From positions 992,001 through 1,056,000 of the forward strand of contig JANHCV010000015.1 in the NCBI GenBank assembly GCA_025594325.1: a stretch of DNA of 64,000 bases, given 5' to 3'. The stretch comes from Blastocladiella emersonii ATCC 22665 (taxonomy: Eukaryota > Fungi > Blastocladiomycota). Shown in pieces: positions 8,347 through 22,248 of this stretch. The stretch's first letter is position 1. Each line of letters begins with the position of its first letter. A model generated the notes under the pieces. It did not search any database. It was not told the origin of the DNA and worked only from the letters and a program-made list of their open reading frames with translations. Made by a program: the position numbers and the translations under genes.

Positions 8347-11136
8347 GGCCCGCACGCCCACACGCACTCCCGCCAGGAGCATGTGGTGTGTGGGTCATCA
8401 TCCACCATTCAGTTTGTAGTCCCTAGCACCCCTTGGCCCCAGCACTGTCTCCTTCCTGCAGGAGGAGCCCTGCCGCCTCAGCCCTCCGCAGCCAGCCCTC
8501 TGCAGCCCAGTGAAGCAGTACGGCTGCTACGCTGTTTGCAAGGTACGGTGGCCAGGGCGACGCAGGTGCTGTGGTGTTGCTTGCCACTTGGCTGGCGACA
8601 GGGGCTGGCGCACCCATTGCAAGGCGTTCTGACGGACCCCGCGGCCATGAAAGCATGGGGGCAGCACTGGACACGAGTCTATCAATCAACGGCACTGGGA
8701 GGGCAGGCAGGCGCACCCGTTGGAGCGAGCCGACCTGGATGATAAATCATTGTTGAGTTGAGGACGCCTTGCATGCCTGCCGTTCATGCGAGCGTGTGTG
8801 ACACCAGGGTGGCCGTTTGCGCCGTGTGCGCACGGCGTGGAGCGCCAGGCGCTGTGCGCTGTGCGCGCTGCACGGTGCGTGGTGTACATCCGTCAGCGGG
8901 TGAGTGGTTTCACGCGCATAGACAGAGGAGCTGCTCGGAACCCTCGTTGGCCCATCATCATGCAGGGCTTGGAGTGGACAGCAGAGCTGGCAGCCTGGAG
9001 GAGACCAGTCGTATATTGACAAACCGAACCCCTCTCAGACTACATACGAGATAGATAATATCTACTGGGTGGGCGCTGTCAGTCAGGCTGTCAGTGTGGC
9101 AGGCTGCCAGGCTGCCAGGCTGCCAGGGCTCATCATTCATTCCTTTGTTGGCTGGGACGGCAACCAGAGAGCGCGGGCCCACAAAGACTTGCGAGGCGGT
9201 GTGGGTGTTCGGATAGCAGGTAGGCAAGTTGGCAGGTTGCCAGGTTGGCAGGTTGGCAGGTTGGCAGGTTGGCAGGCTGGCAGGTTGGCCGTTTACTTAG
9301 TTGATTGGACCGTGTACTTTGACGACGGGCTCCATACTTAGGGGATCGAAGAGTTGGCTAGTGGAGTGTGCACAAAGCGGTAGATTTGAATATCTGGCGC
9401 TTTGGTTCCTTGCCCACCTGGACGTGAGGGTATACGAAGATTTGATTGAGTATAGTTATGTTTGAGTACCATGACAATTATCAGCGTGGCGGGATTGATA
9501 CATCCCGCTTGTCGGAAATTTTGTTGGTTCAATACTGTGATTTATCGGCCCTTGCCCACCTGGACATGGGGCACTCGAAGATTTGAGTATGGTTTCGTTT
9601 GAGTGCCATGACAATTATCTGCGTGGCTGGTTTACGACATTTCTTTGGTCAGATATTGTGTTGCTGTGATACTGTGATTTATGGGTCCCTGGCTAGCTGG
9701 ACAAGCGGGAAGTGAAAGATTTGAATATGGTTTTGTTTGAGTATCAAGACCATTACCTGCGTGGTCGGTTATGTAGACTCCTATGGTCAGATATTTTGTT
9801 GGTTTGATACTGTGATTTATGGGTCTCCAACCTGCTGGACATCTGGGAAGTCATAGATTTGAGTATGGTTTTGTTTGAGTACCATGACAATTATCTCCGC
9901 AGCTTGTTTACTATGTTTCCATGGTCAGTTTTATTGTTGCTTTGAATTTACGATTTATGGGTCCTGAACAAGCTGGACATGTGAATAGTCAAAGACTTGA
10001 CTATGGTTTTGTTTGAGTGCCATGACAATTACCTACGTGGCTTGTATACTCTATTTCCATGGTCAGATATTTGTTGGTTCGATATTACGATTTATGGGTC
10101 CTCAACCAGCTTGACATGCGGGAAAGCAAAGATTAGAATATGGTTTTGATTAAGTACCATGACAATCATCTGCGTGGCTGGTTTACTATATTTCCATGGT
10201 CAGATATTTTGTTGGTTCGATACTGTGATGTATGGGTCCCTGGCCAGCTGGACACACGGTAAAGCAAAGACTTGAAGATGGTTTTGTTTGAGTACCATAA
10301 CAATCATGTACGAGGTTGGTTTACTATCTTTCTGTTGTCAAATATTTAGTTGCCGTGATACTGTGATTTATGGGTCCCTGGCTAGCAGGACAAGCGGGTA
10401 GTCAAAGATTTGAATATGGTTTTGTTCGACTACCATGACAATTGTCTCCGTGGCTGGTTTGGTACGTCCCTATCATTGGTAAATTCATTGCGTGCATATT
10501 GTGATTCGTGGAGGGTCAATGTTGCTGCTACCTTGCCCGCATGCGCGCTGCGTCCGCCGACCCACCTAGGCCAGACAGGAAGGAAAGGGGACCCCAAGAG
10601 CCCCACGACACCACTGTAGCTCCACTACCACCACAGCACCCACCAACACCACCTACAAACAAACACGACCCGCCAAGGCGCACGCAGCGACACCCGCAGC
10701 CATGCATGCCATGGCGTTGGTGGATGGTGGCCAACCAATCCTCATCACACACGACACGTATGAAGGTCTGCCTGCATCCACCCATCCATTCATTCAACAC
10801 ACGCTCCCTCACGCACCCTTTCACTTGTGTTGCTTGACAGCCAGCTAGCCAGGTCCGGCTGCTGCTACCTATCCATTCTGCCTGCCTCCCACGCCCGCCG
10901 CGTCCTGAGCCAGGCAGGGCTGTGCTGCGATACACGGCCGCGGCCAGTCCACGGTAATGGTACCCATGCAGTACGTTCCATGGCCGCCCGGCCACCCTAG
11001 CTTGGTGCTTGTGTGTCCCCTTGGTCACCTTGGTCACCTTGGTCACCTTGGTCACCTTGGTCACTTGGTCGCTTGGTCTCTTGGTCTCTTGGCGCTTGTG
11101 ATGGAGGTCTATCTAACCCAGGCACGCACGGACACA
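8347..11136. repeat. Unit 4, long, haplotype A, private A>G at 11071
   Basis: C8917, C9240; CTTGGTCG instead of CTTGGTCA at 11071. Confidence 0.95.
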
Positions 11137-13926
11137 GGCCCGCACGCCCACACGCACTCCCGCCAGGAGCATGTGGTGTGTGGGTCATCATCCACCATTC
11201 AGTTTGTAGTCCCTAGCACCCCTTGGCCCCAGCACTGTCTCCTTCCTGCAGGAGGAGCCCTGCCGCCTCAGCCCTCCGCAGCCAGCCCTCTGCAGCCCAG
11301 TGAAGCAGTACGGCTGCTACGCTGTTTGCAAGGTACGGTGGCCAGGGCGACGCAGGTGCTGTGGTGTTGCTTGCCACTTGGCTGGCGACAGGGGCTGGCG
11401 CACCCATTGCAAGGCGTTCTGACGGACCCCGCGGCCATGAAAGCATGGGGGCAGCACTGGACACGAGTCTATCAATCAACGGCACTGGGAGGGCAGGCAG
11501 GCGCACCCGTTGGAGCGAGCCGACCTGGATGATAAATCATTGTTGAGTTGAGGACGCCTTGCATGCCTGCCGTTCATGCGAGCGTGTGTGACACCAGGGT
11601 GGCCGTTTGCGCCGTGTGCGCACGGCGTGGAGCGCCAGGCGCTGTGCGCTGTGCGCGCTGCACGGTGCGTGGTGTACATCCGTCAGCGGGTGAGTGGTTT
11701 CACGCGGATAGACAGAGGAGCTGCTCGGAACCCTCGTTGGCCCATCATCATGCAGGGCTTGGAGTGGACAGCAGAGCTGGCAGCCTGGAGGAGACCAGTC
11801 GTATATTGACAAACCGAACCCCTCTCAGACTACATACGAGATAGATAATATCTACTGGGTGGGCGCTGTCAGTCAGGCTGTCAGTGTGGCAGGCTGCCAG
11901 GCTGCCAGGCTGCCAGGGCTCATCATTCATTCCTTTGTTGGCTGGGACGGCAACCAGAGAGCGCGGGCCCACAAAGACTTGCGAGGCGGTGTGGGTGTTC
12001 GGATAGCAGGTAGGCAAGTTGGCAGGTTGGCAGGTTGGCAGGTTGGCAGGTTGGCAGGTTGGCAGGCTGGCAGGTTGGCCGTTTACTTAGTTGATTGGAC
12101 CGTGTACTTTGACGACGGGCTCCATACTTAGGGGATCGAAGAGTTGGCTAGTGGAGTGTGCACAAAGCGGTAGATTTGAATATCTGGCGCTTTGGTTCCT
12201 TGCCCACCTGGACGTGAGGGTATACGAAGATTTGATTGAGTATAGTTATGTTTGAGTACCATGACAATTATCAGCGTGGCGGGATTGATACATCCCGCTT
12301 GTCGGAAATTTTGTTGGTTCAATACTGTGATTTATCGGCCCTTGCCCACCTGGACATGGGGCACTCGAAGATTTGAGTATGGTTTCGTTTGAGTGCCATG
12401 ACAATTATCTGCGTGGCTGGTTTACGACATTTCTTTGGTCAGATATTGTGTTGCTGTGATACTGTGATTTATGGGTCCCTGGCTAGCTGGACAAGCGGGA
12501 AGTGAAAGATTTGAATATGGTTTTGTTTGAGTATCAAGACCATTACCTGCGTGGTCGGTTATGTAGACTCCTATGGTCAGATATTTTGTTGGTTTGATAC
12601 TGTGATTTATGGGTCTCCAACCTGCTGGACATCTGGGAAGTCATAGATTTGAGTATGGTTTTGTTTGAGTACCATGACAATTATCTCCGCAGCTTGTTTA
12701 CTATGTTTCCATGGTCAGTTTTATTGTTGCTTTGAATTTACGATTTATGGGTCCTGAACAAGCTGGACATGTGAATAGTCAAAGACTTGACTATGGTTTT
12801 GTTTGAGTGCCATGACAATTACCTACGTGGCTTGTATACTCTATTTCCATGGTCAGATATTTGTTGGTTCGATATTACGATTTATGGGTCCTCAACCAGC
12901 TTGACATGCGGGAAAGCAAAGATTAGAATATGGTTTTGATTAAGTACCATGACAATCATCTGCGTGGCTGGTTTACTATATTTCCATGGTCAGATATTTT
13001 GTTGGTTCGATACTGTGATGTATGGGTCCCTGGCCAGCTGGACACACGGTAAAGCAAAGACTTGAAGATGGTTTTGTTTGAGTACCATAACAATCATGTA
13101 CGAGGTTGGTTTACTATCTTTCTGTTGTCAAATATTTAGTTGCCGTGATACTGTGATTTATGGGTCCCTGGCTAGCAGGACAAGCGGGTAGTCAAAGATT
13201 TGAATATGGTTTTGTTCGACTACCATGACAATTGTCTCCGTGGCTGGTTTGGTACGTCCCTATCATTGGTAAATTCATTGCGTGCATATTGTGATTCGTG
13301 GAGGGTCAATGTTGCTGCTACCTTGCCCGCATGCGCGCTGCGTCCGCCGACCCACCTAGGCCAGACAGGAAGGAAAGGGGACCCCAAGAGCCCCACGACA
13401 CCACTGTAGCTCCACTACCACCACAGCACCCACCAACACCACCTACAAACAAACACGACCCGCCAAGGCGCACGCAGCGACACCCGCAGCCATGCATGCC
13501 ATGGCGTTGGTGGATGGTGGCCAACCAATCCTCATCACACACGACACGTATGAAGGTCTGCCTGCATCCACCCATCCATTCATTCAACACACGCTCCCTC
13601 ACGCACCCTTTCACTTGTGTTGCTTGACAGCCAGCTAGCCAGGTCCGGCTGCTGCTACCTATCCATTCTGCCTGCCTCCCACGCCCGCCGCGTCCTGAGC
13701 CAGGCAGGGCTGTGCTGCGATACACGGCCGCGGCCAGTCCACGGTAATGGTACCCATGCAGTACGTTCCATGGCCGCCCGGCCACCCTAGCTTGGTGCTT
13801 GTGTGTCCCCTTGGTCACCTTGGTCACCTTGGTCACCTTGGTCACCTTGGTCACTTGGTCACTTGGTCTCTTGGTCTCTTGGCGCTTGTGATGGAGGTCT
13901 ATCTAACCCAGGCACGCACGGACACA
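11137..13926. repeat. Unit 5, long (L: 9 octamers, G at both A-diagnostic sites)
   Basis: 2790-bp spacing; CACGCGGATA; no GCC variant. Confidence 0.95.
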
Positions 13927-16716
13927 GGCCCGCACGCCCACACGCACTCCCGCCAGGAGCATGTGGTGTGTGGGTCATCATCCACCATTCAGTTTGTAGT
14001 CCCTAGCACCCCTTGGCCCCAGCACTGTCTCCTTCCTGCAGGAGGAGCCCTGCCGCCTCAGCCCTCCGCAGCCAGCCCTCTGCAGCCCAGTGAAGCAGTA
14101 CGGCTGCTACGCTGTTTGCAAGGTACGGTGGCCAGGGCGACGCAGGTGCTGTGGTGTTGCTTGCCACTTGGCTGGCGACAGGGGCTGGCGCACCCATTGC
14201 AAGGCGTTCTGACGGACCCCGCGGCCATGAAAGCATGGGGGCAGCACTGGACACGAGTCTATCAATCAACGGCACTGGGAGGGCAGGCAGGCGCACCCGT
14301 TGGAGCGAGCCGACCTGGATGATAAATCATTGTTGAGTTGAGGACGCCTTGCATGCCTGCCGTTCATGCGAGCGTGTGTGACACCAGGGTGGCCGTTTGC
14401 GCCGTGTGCGCACGGCGTGGAGCGCCAGGCGCTGTGCGCTGTGCGCGCTGCACGGTGCGTGGTGTACATCCGTCAGCGGGTGAGTGGTTTCACGCGCATA
14501 GACAGAGGAGCTGCTCGGAACCCTCGTTGGCCCATCATCATGCAGGGCTTGGAGTGGACAGCAGAGCTGGCAGCCTGGAGGAGACCAGTCGTATATTGAC
14601 AAACCGAACCCCTCTCAGACTACATACGAGATAGATAATATCTACTGGGTGGGCGCTGTCAGTCAGGCTGTCAGTGTGGCAGGCTGCCAGGCTGCCAGGC
14701 TGCCAGGGCTCATCATTCATTCCTTTGTTGGCTGGGACGGCAACCAGAGAGCGCGGGCCCACAAAGACTTGCGAGGCGGTGTGGGTGTTCGGATAGCAGG
14801 TAGGCAAGTTGGCAGGTTGCCAGGTTGGCAGGTTGGCAGGTTGGCAGGTTGGCAGGCTGGCAGGTTGGCCGTTTACTTAGTTGATTGGACCGTGTACTTT
14901 GACGACGGGCTCCATACTTAGGGGATCGAAGAGTTGGCTAGTGGAGTGTGCACAAAGCGGTAGATTTGAATATCTGGCGCTTTGGTTCCTTGCCCACCTG
15001 GACGTGAGGGTATACGAAGATTTGATTGAGTATAGTTATGTTTGAGTACCATGACAATTATCAGCGTGGCGGGATTGATACATCCCGCTTGTCGGAAATT
15101 TTGTTGGTTCAATACTGTGATTTATCGGCCCTTGCCCACCTGGACATGGGGCACTCGAAGATTTGAGTATGGTTTCGTTTGAGTGCCATGACAATTATCT
15201 GCGTGGCTGGTTTACGACATTTCTTTGGTCAGATATTGTGTTGCTGTGATACTGTGATTTATGGGTCCCTGGCTAGCTGGACAAGCGGGAAGTGAAAGAT
15301 TTGAATATGGTTTTGTTTGAGTATCAAGACCATTACCTGCGTGGTCGGTTATGTAGACTCCTATGGTCAGATATTTTGTTGGTTTGATACTGTGATTTAT
15401 GGGTCTCCAACCTGCTGGACATCTGGGAAGTCATAGATTTGAGTATGGTTTTGTTTGAGTACCATGACAATTATCTCCGCAGCTTGTTTACTATGTTTCC
15501 ATGGTCAGTTTTATTGTTGCTTTGAATTTACGATTTATGGGTCCTGAACAAGCTGGACATGTGAATAGTCAAAGACTTGACTATGGTTTTGTTTGAGTGC
15601 CATGACAATTACCTACGTGGCTTGTATACTCTATTTCCATGGTCAGATATTTGTTGGTTCGATATTACGATTTATGGGTCCTCAACCAGCTTGACATGCG
15701 GGAAAGCAAAGATTAGAATATGGTTTTGATTAAGTACCATGACAATCATCTGCGTGGCTGGTTTACTATATTTCCATGGTCAGATATTTTGTTGGTTCGA
15801 TACTGTGATGTATGGGTCCCTGGCCAGCTGGACACACGGTAAAGCAAAGACTTGAAGATGGTTTTGTTTGAGTACCATAACAATCATGTACGAGGTTGGT
15901 TTACTATCTTTCTGTTGTCAAATATTTAGTTGCCGTGATACTGTGATTTATGGGTCCCTGGCTAGCAGGACAAGCGGGTAGTCAAAGATTTGAATATGGT
16001 TTTGTTCGACTACCATGACAATTGTCTCCGTGGCTGGTTTGGTACGTCCCTATCATTGGTAAATTCATTGCGTGCATATTGTGATTCGTGGAGGGTCAAT
16101 GTTGCTGCTACCTTGCCCGCATGCGCGCTGCGTCCGCCGACCCACCTAGGCCAGACAGGAAGGAAAGGGGACCCCAAGAGCCCCACGACACCACTGTAGC
16201 TCCACTACCACCACAGCACCCACCAACACCACCTACAAACAAACACGACCCGCCAAGGCGCACGCAGCGACACCCGCAGCCATGCATGCCATGGCGTTGG
16301 TGGATGGTGGCCAACCAATCCTCATCACACACGACACGTATGAAGGTCTGCCTGCATCCACCCATCCATTCATTCAACACACGCTCCCTCACGCACCCTT
16401 TCACTTGTGTTGCTTGACAGCCAGCTAGCCAGGTCCGGCTGCTGCTACCTATCCATTCTGCCTGCCTCCCACGCCCGCCGCGTCCTGAGCCAGGCAGGGC
16501 TGTGCTGCGATACACGGCCGCGGCCAGTCCACGGTAATGGTACCCATGCAGTACGTTCCATGGCCGCCCGGCCACCCTAGCTTGGTGCTTGTGTGTCCCC
16601 TTGGTCACCTTGGTCACCTTGGTCACCTTGGTCACCTTGGTCACTTGGTCACTTGGTCTCTTGGTCTCTTGGCGCTTGTGATGGAGGTCTATCTAACCCA
16701 GGCACGCACGGACACA
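13927..16716. repeat. Unit 6, long, haplotype A (last A copy)
   Basis: C14497, C14820. Confidence 0.95.
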
Positions 16717-19482
16717 GGCCCGCACGCCCACACGCACTCCCGCCAGGAGCATGTGGTGTGTGGGTCATCATCCACCATTCAGTTTGTAGTCCCTAGCACC
16801 CCTTGGCCCCAGCACTGTCTCCTTCCTGCAGGAGGAGCCCTGCCGCCTCAGCCCTCCGCAGCCAGCCCTCTGCAGCCCAGTGAAGCAGTACGGCTGCTAC
16901 GCTGTTTGCAAGGTACGGTGGCCAGGGCGACGCAGGTGCTGTGGTGTTGCTTGCCACTTGGCTGGCGACAGGGGCTGGCGCACCCATTGCAAGGCGTTCT
17001 GACGGACCCCGCGGCCATGAAAGCATGGGGGCAGCACTGGACACGAGTCTATCAATCAACGGCACTGGGAGGGCAGGCAGGCGCACCCGTTGGAGCGAGC
17101 CGACCTGGATGATAAATCATTGTTGAGTTGAGGACGCCTTGCATGCCTGCCGTTCATGCGAGCGTGTGTGACACCAGGGTGGCCGTTTGCGCCGTGTGCG
17201 CACGGCGTGGAGCGCCAGGCGCTGTGCGCTGTGCGCGCTGCACGGTGCGTGGTGTACATCCGTCAGCGGGTGAGTGGTTTCACGCGGATAGACAGAGGAG
17301 CTGCTCGGAACCCTCGTTGGCCCATCATCATGCAGGGCTTGGAGTGGACAGCAGAGCTGGCAGCCTGGAGGAGACCAGTCGTATATTGACAAACCGAACC
17401 CCTCTCAGACTACATACGAGATAGATAATATCTACTGGGTGGGCGCTGTCAGTCAGGCTGTCAGTGTGGCAGGCTGCCAGGCTGCCAGGCTGCCAGGGCT
17501 CATCATTCATTCCTTTGTTGGCTGGGACGGCAACCAGAGAGCGCGGGCCCACAAAGACTTGCGAGGCGGTGTGGGTGTTCGGATAGCAGGTAGGCAAGTT
17601 GGCAGGTTGGCAGGTTGGCAGGCTGGCAGGTTGGCCGTTTACTTAGTTGATTGGACCGTGTACTTTGACGACGGGCTCCATACTTAGGGGATCGAAGAGT
17701 TGGCTAGTGGAGTGTGCACAAAGCGGTAGATTTGAATATCTGGCGCTTTGGTTCCTTGCCCACCTGGACGTGAGGGTATACGAAGATTTGATTGAGTATA
17801 GTTATGTTTGAGTACCATGACAATTATCAGCGTGGCGGGATTGATACATCCCGCTTGTCGGAAATTTTGTTGGTTCAATACTGTGATTTATCGGCCCTTG
17901 CCCACCTGGACATGGGGCACTCGAAGATTTGAGTATGGTTTCGTTTGAGTGCCATGACAATTATCTGCGTGGCTGGTTTACGACATTTCTTTGGTCAGAT
18001 ATTGTGTTGCTGTGATACTGTGATTTATGGGTCCCTGGCTAGCTGGACAAGCGGGAAGTGAAAGATTTGAATATGGTTTTGTTTGAGTATCAAGACCATT
18101 ACCTGCGTGGTCGGTTATGTAGACTCCTATGGTCAGATATTTTGTTGGTTTGATACTGTGATTTATGGGTCTCCAACCTGCTGGACATCTGGGAAGTCAT
18201 AGATTTGAGTATGGTTTTGTTTGAGTACCATGACAATTATCTCCGCAGCTTGTTTACTATGTTTCCATGGTCAGTTTTATTGTTGCTTTGAATTTACGAT
18301 TTATGGGTCCTGAACAAGCTGGACATGTGAATAGTCAAAGACTTGACTATGGTTTTGTTTGAGTGCCATGACAATTACCTACGTGGCTTGTATACTCTAT
18401 TTCCATGGTCAGATATTTGTTGGTTCGATATTACGATTTATGGGTCCTCAACCAGCTTGACATGCGGGAAAGCAAAGATTAGAATATGGTTTTGATTAAG
18501 TACCATGACAATCATCTGCGTGGCTGGTTTACTATATTTCCATGGTCAGATATTTTGTTGGTTCGATACTGTGATGTATGGGTCCCTGGCCAGCTGGACA
18601 CACGGTAAAGCAAAGACTTGAAGATGGTTTTGTTTGAGTACCATAACAATCATGTACGAGGTTGGTTTACTATCTTTCTGTTGTCAAATATTTAGTTGCC
18701 GTGATACTGTGATTTATGGGTCCCTGGCTAGCAGGACAAGCGGGTAGTCAAAGATTTGAATATGGTTTTGTTCGACTACCATGACAATTGTCTCCGTGGC
18801 TGGTTTGGTACGTCCCTATCATTGGTAAATTCATTGCGTGCATATTGTGATTCGTGGAGGGTCAATGTTGCTGCTACCTTGCCCGCATGCGCGCTGCGTC
18901 CGCCGACCCACCTAGGCCAGACAGGAAGGAAAGGGGACCCCAAGAGCCCCACGACACCACTGTAGCTCCACTACCACCACAGCACCCACCAACACCACCT
19001 ACAAACAAACACGACCCGCCAAGGCGCACGCAGCGACACCCGCAGCCATGCATGCCATGGCGTTGGTGGATGGTGGCCAACCAATCCTCATCACACACGA
19101 CACGTATGAAGGTCTGCCTGCATCCACCCATCCATTCATTCAACACACGCTCCCTCACGCACCCTTTCACTTGTGTTGCTTGACAGCCAGCTAGCCAGGT
19201 CCGGCTGCTGCTACCTATCCATTCTGCCTGCCTCCCACGCCCGCCGCGTCCTGAGCCAGGCAGGGCTGTGCTGCGATACACGGCCGCGGCCAGTCCACGG
19301 TAATGGTACCCATGCAGTACGTTCCATGGCCGCCCGGCCACCCTAGCTTGGTGCTTGTGTGTCCCCTTGGTCACCTTGGTCACCTTGGTCACCTTGGTCA
19401 CCTTGGTCACTTGGTCACTTGGTCTCTTGGTCTCTTGGCGCTTGTGATGGAGGTCTATCTAACCCAGGCACGCACGGACACA
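16717..19482. repeat. Unit 7, short (S)
   Basis: 2766-bp spacing. Confidence 0.95.
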
Positions 19483-22248
19483 GGCCCGCACGCCCACACG
19501 CACTCCCGCCAGGAGCATGTGGTGTGTGGGTCATCATCCACCATTCAGTTTGTAGTCCCTAGCACCCCTTGGCCCCAGCACTGTCTCCTTCCTGCAGGAG
19601 GAGCCCTGCCGCCTCAGCCCTCCGCAGCCAGCCCTCTGCAGCCCAGTGAAGCAGTACGGCTGCTACGCTGTTTGCAAGGTACGGTGGCCAGGGCGACGCA
19701 GGTGCTGTGGTGTTGCTTGCCACTTGGCTGGCGACAGGGGCTGGCGCACCCATTGCAAGGCGTTCTGACGGACCCCGCGGCCATGAAAGCATGGGGGCAG
19801 CACTGGACACGAGTCTATCAATCAACGGCACTGGGAGGGCAGGCAGGCGCACCCGTTGGAGCGAGCCGACCTGGATGATAAATCATTGTTGAGTTGAGGA
19901 CGCCTTGCATGCCTGCCGTTCATGCGAGCGTGTGTGACACCAGGGTGGCCGTTTGCGCCGTGTGCGCACGGCGTGGAGCGCCAGGCGCTGTGCGCTGTGC
20001 GCGCTGCACGGTGCGTGGTGTACATCCGTCAGCGGGTGAGTGGTTTCACGCGGATAGACAGAGGAGCTGCTCGGAACCCTCGTTGGCCCATCATCATGCA
20101 GGGCTTGGAGTGGACAGCAGAGCTGGCAGCCTGGAGGAGACCAGTCGTATATTGACAAACCGAACCCCTCTCAGACTACATACGAGATAGATAATATCTA
20201 CTGGGTGGGCGCTGTCAGTCAGGCTGTCAGTGTGGCAGGCTGCCAGGCTGCCAGGCTGCCAGGGCTCATCATTCATTCCTTTGTTGGCTGGGACGGCAAC
20301 CAGAGAGCGCGGGCCCACAAAGACTTGCGAGGCGGTGTGGGTGTTCGGATAGCAGGTAGGCAAGTTGGCAGGTTGGCAGGTTGGCAGGCTGGCAGGTTGG
20401 CCGTTTACTTAGTTGATTGGACCGTGTACTTTGACGACGGGCTCCATACTTAGGGGATCGAAGAGTTGGCTAGTGGAGTGTGCACAAAGCGGTAGATTTG
20501 AATATCTGGCGCTTTGGTTCCTTGCCCACCTGGACGTGAGGGTATACGAAGATTTGATTGAGTATAGTTATGTTTGAGTACCATGACAATTATCAGCGTG
20601 GCGGGATTGATACATCCCGCTTGTCGGAAATTTTGTTGGTTCAATACTGTGATTTATCGGCCCTTGCCCACCTGGACATGGGGCACTCGAAGATTTGAGT
20701 ATGGTTTCGTTTGAGTGCCATGACAATTATCTGCGTGGCTGGTTTACGACATTTCTTTGGTCAGATATTGTGTTGCTGTGATACTGTGATTTATGGGTCC
20801 CTGGCTAGCTGGACAAGCGGGAAGTGAAAGATTAGAATATGGTTTTGTTTGAGTATCAAGACCATTACCTGCGTGGTCGGTTATGTAGACTCCTATGGTC
20901 AGATATTTTGTTGGTTTGATACTGTGATTTATGGGTCTCCAACCTGCTGGACATCTGGGAAGTCATAGATTTGAGTATGGTTTTGTTTGAGTACCATGAC
21001 AATTATCTCCGCAGCTTGTTTACTATGTTTCCATGGTCAGTTTTATTGTTGCTTTGAATTTACGATTTATGGGTCCTGAACAAGCTGGACATGTGAATAG
21101 TCAAAGACTTGACTATGGTTTTGTTTGAGTGCCATGACAATTACCTACGTGGCTTGTATACTCTATTTCCATGGTCAGATATTTGTTGGTTCGATATTAC
21201 GATTTATGGGTCCTCAACCAGCTTGACATGCGGGAAAGCAAAGATTAGAATATGGTTTTGATTAAGTACCATGACAATCATCTGCGTGGCTGGTTTACTA
21301 TATTTCCATGGTCAGATATTTTGTTGGTTCGATACTGTGATGTATGGGTCCCTGGCCAGCTGGACACACGGTAAAGCAAAGACTTGAAGATGGTTTTGTT
21401 TGAGTACCATAACAATCATGTACGAGGTTGGTTTACTATCTTTCTGTTGTCAAATATTTAGTTGCCGTGATACTGTGATTTATGGGTCCCTGGCTAGCAG
21501 GACAAGCGGGTAGTCAAAGATTTGAATATGGTTTTGTTCGACTACCATGACAATTGTCTCCGTGGCTGGTTTGGTACGTCCCTATCATTGGTAAATTCAT
21601 TGCGTGCATATTGTGATTCGTGGAGGGTCAATGTTGCTGCTACCTTGCCCGCATGCGCGCTGCGTCCGCCGACCCACCTAGGCCAGACAGGAAGGAAAGG
21701 GGACCCCAAGAGCCCCACGACACCACTGTAGCTCCACTACCACCACAGCACCCACCAACACCACCTACAAACAAACACGACCCGCCAAGGCGCACGCAGC
21801 GACACCCGCAGCCATGCATGCCATGGCGTTGGTGGATGGTGGCCAACCAATCCTCATCACACACGACACGTATGAAGGTCTGCCTGCATCCACCCATCCA
21901 TTCATTCAACACACGCTCCCTCACGCACCCTTTCACTTGTGTTGCTTGACAGCCAGCTAGCCAGGTCCGGCTGCTGCTACCTATCCATTCTGCCTGCCTC
22001 CCACGCCCGCCGCGTCCTGAGCCAGGCAGGGCTGTGCTGCGATACACGGCCGCGGCCAGTCCACGGTAATGGTACCCATGCAGTACGTTCCATGGCCGCC
22101 CGGCCACCCTAGCTTGGTGCTTGTGTGTCCCCTTGGTCACCTTGGTCACCTTGGTCACCTTGGTCACCTTGGTCACTTGGTCACTTGGTCTCTTGGTCTC
22201 TTGGCGCTTGTGATGGAGGTCTATCTAACCCAGGCACGCACGGACACA
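19483..22248. repeat. Unit 8, short, monomer-3 T>A variant (S*)
   Basis: GATTAGAAT with A at 20834. Confidence 0.95.
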
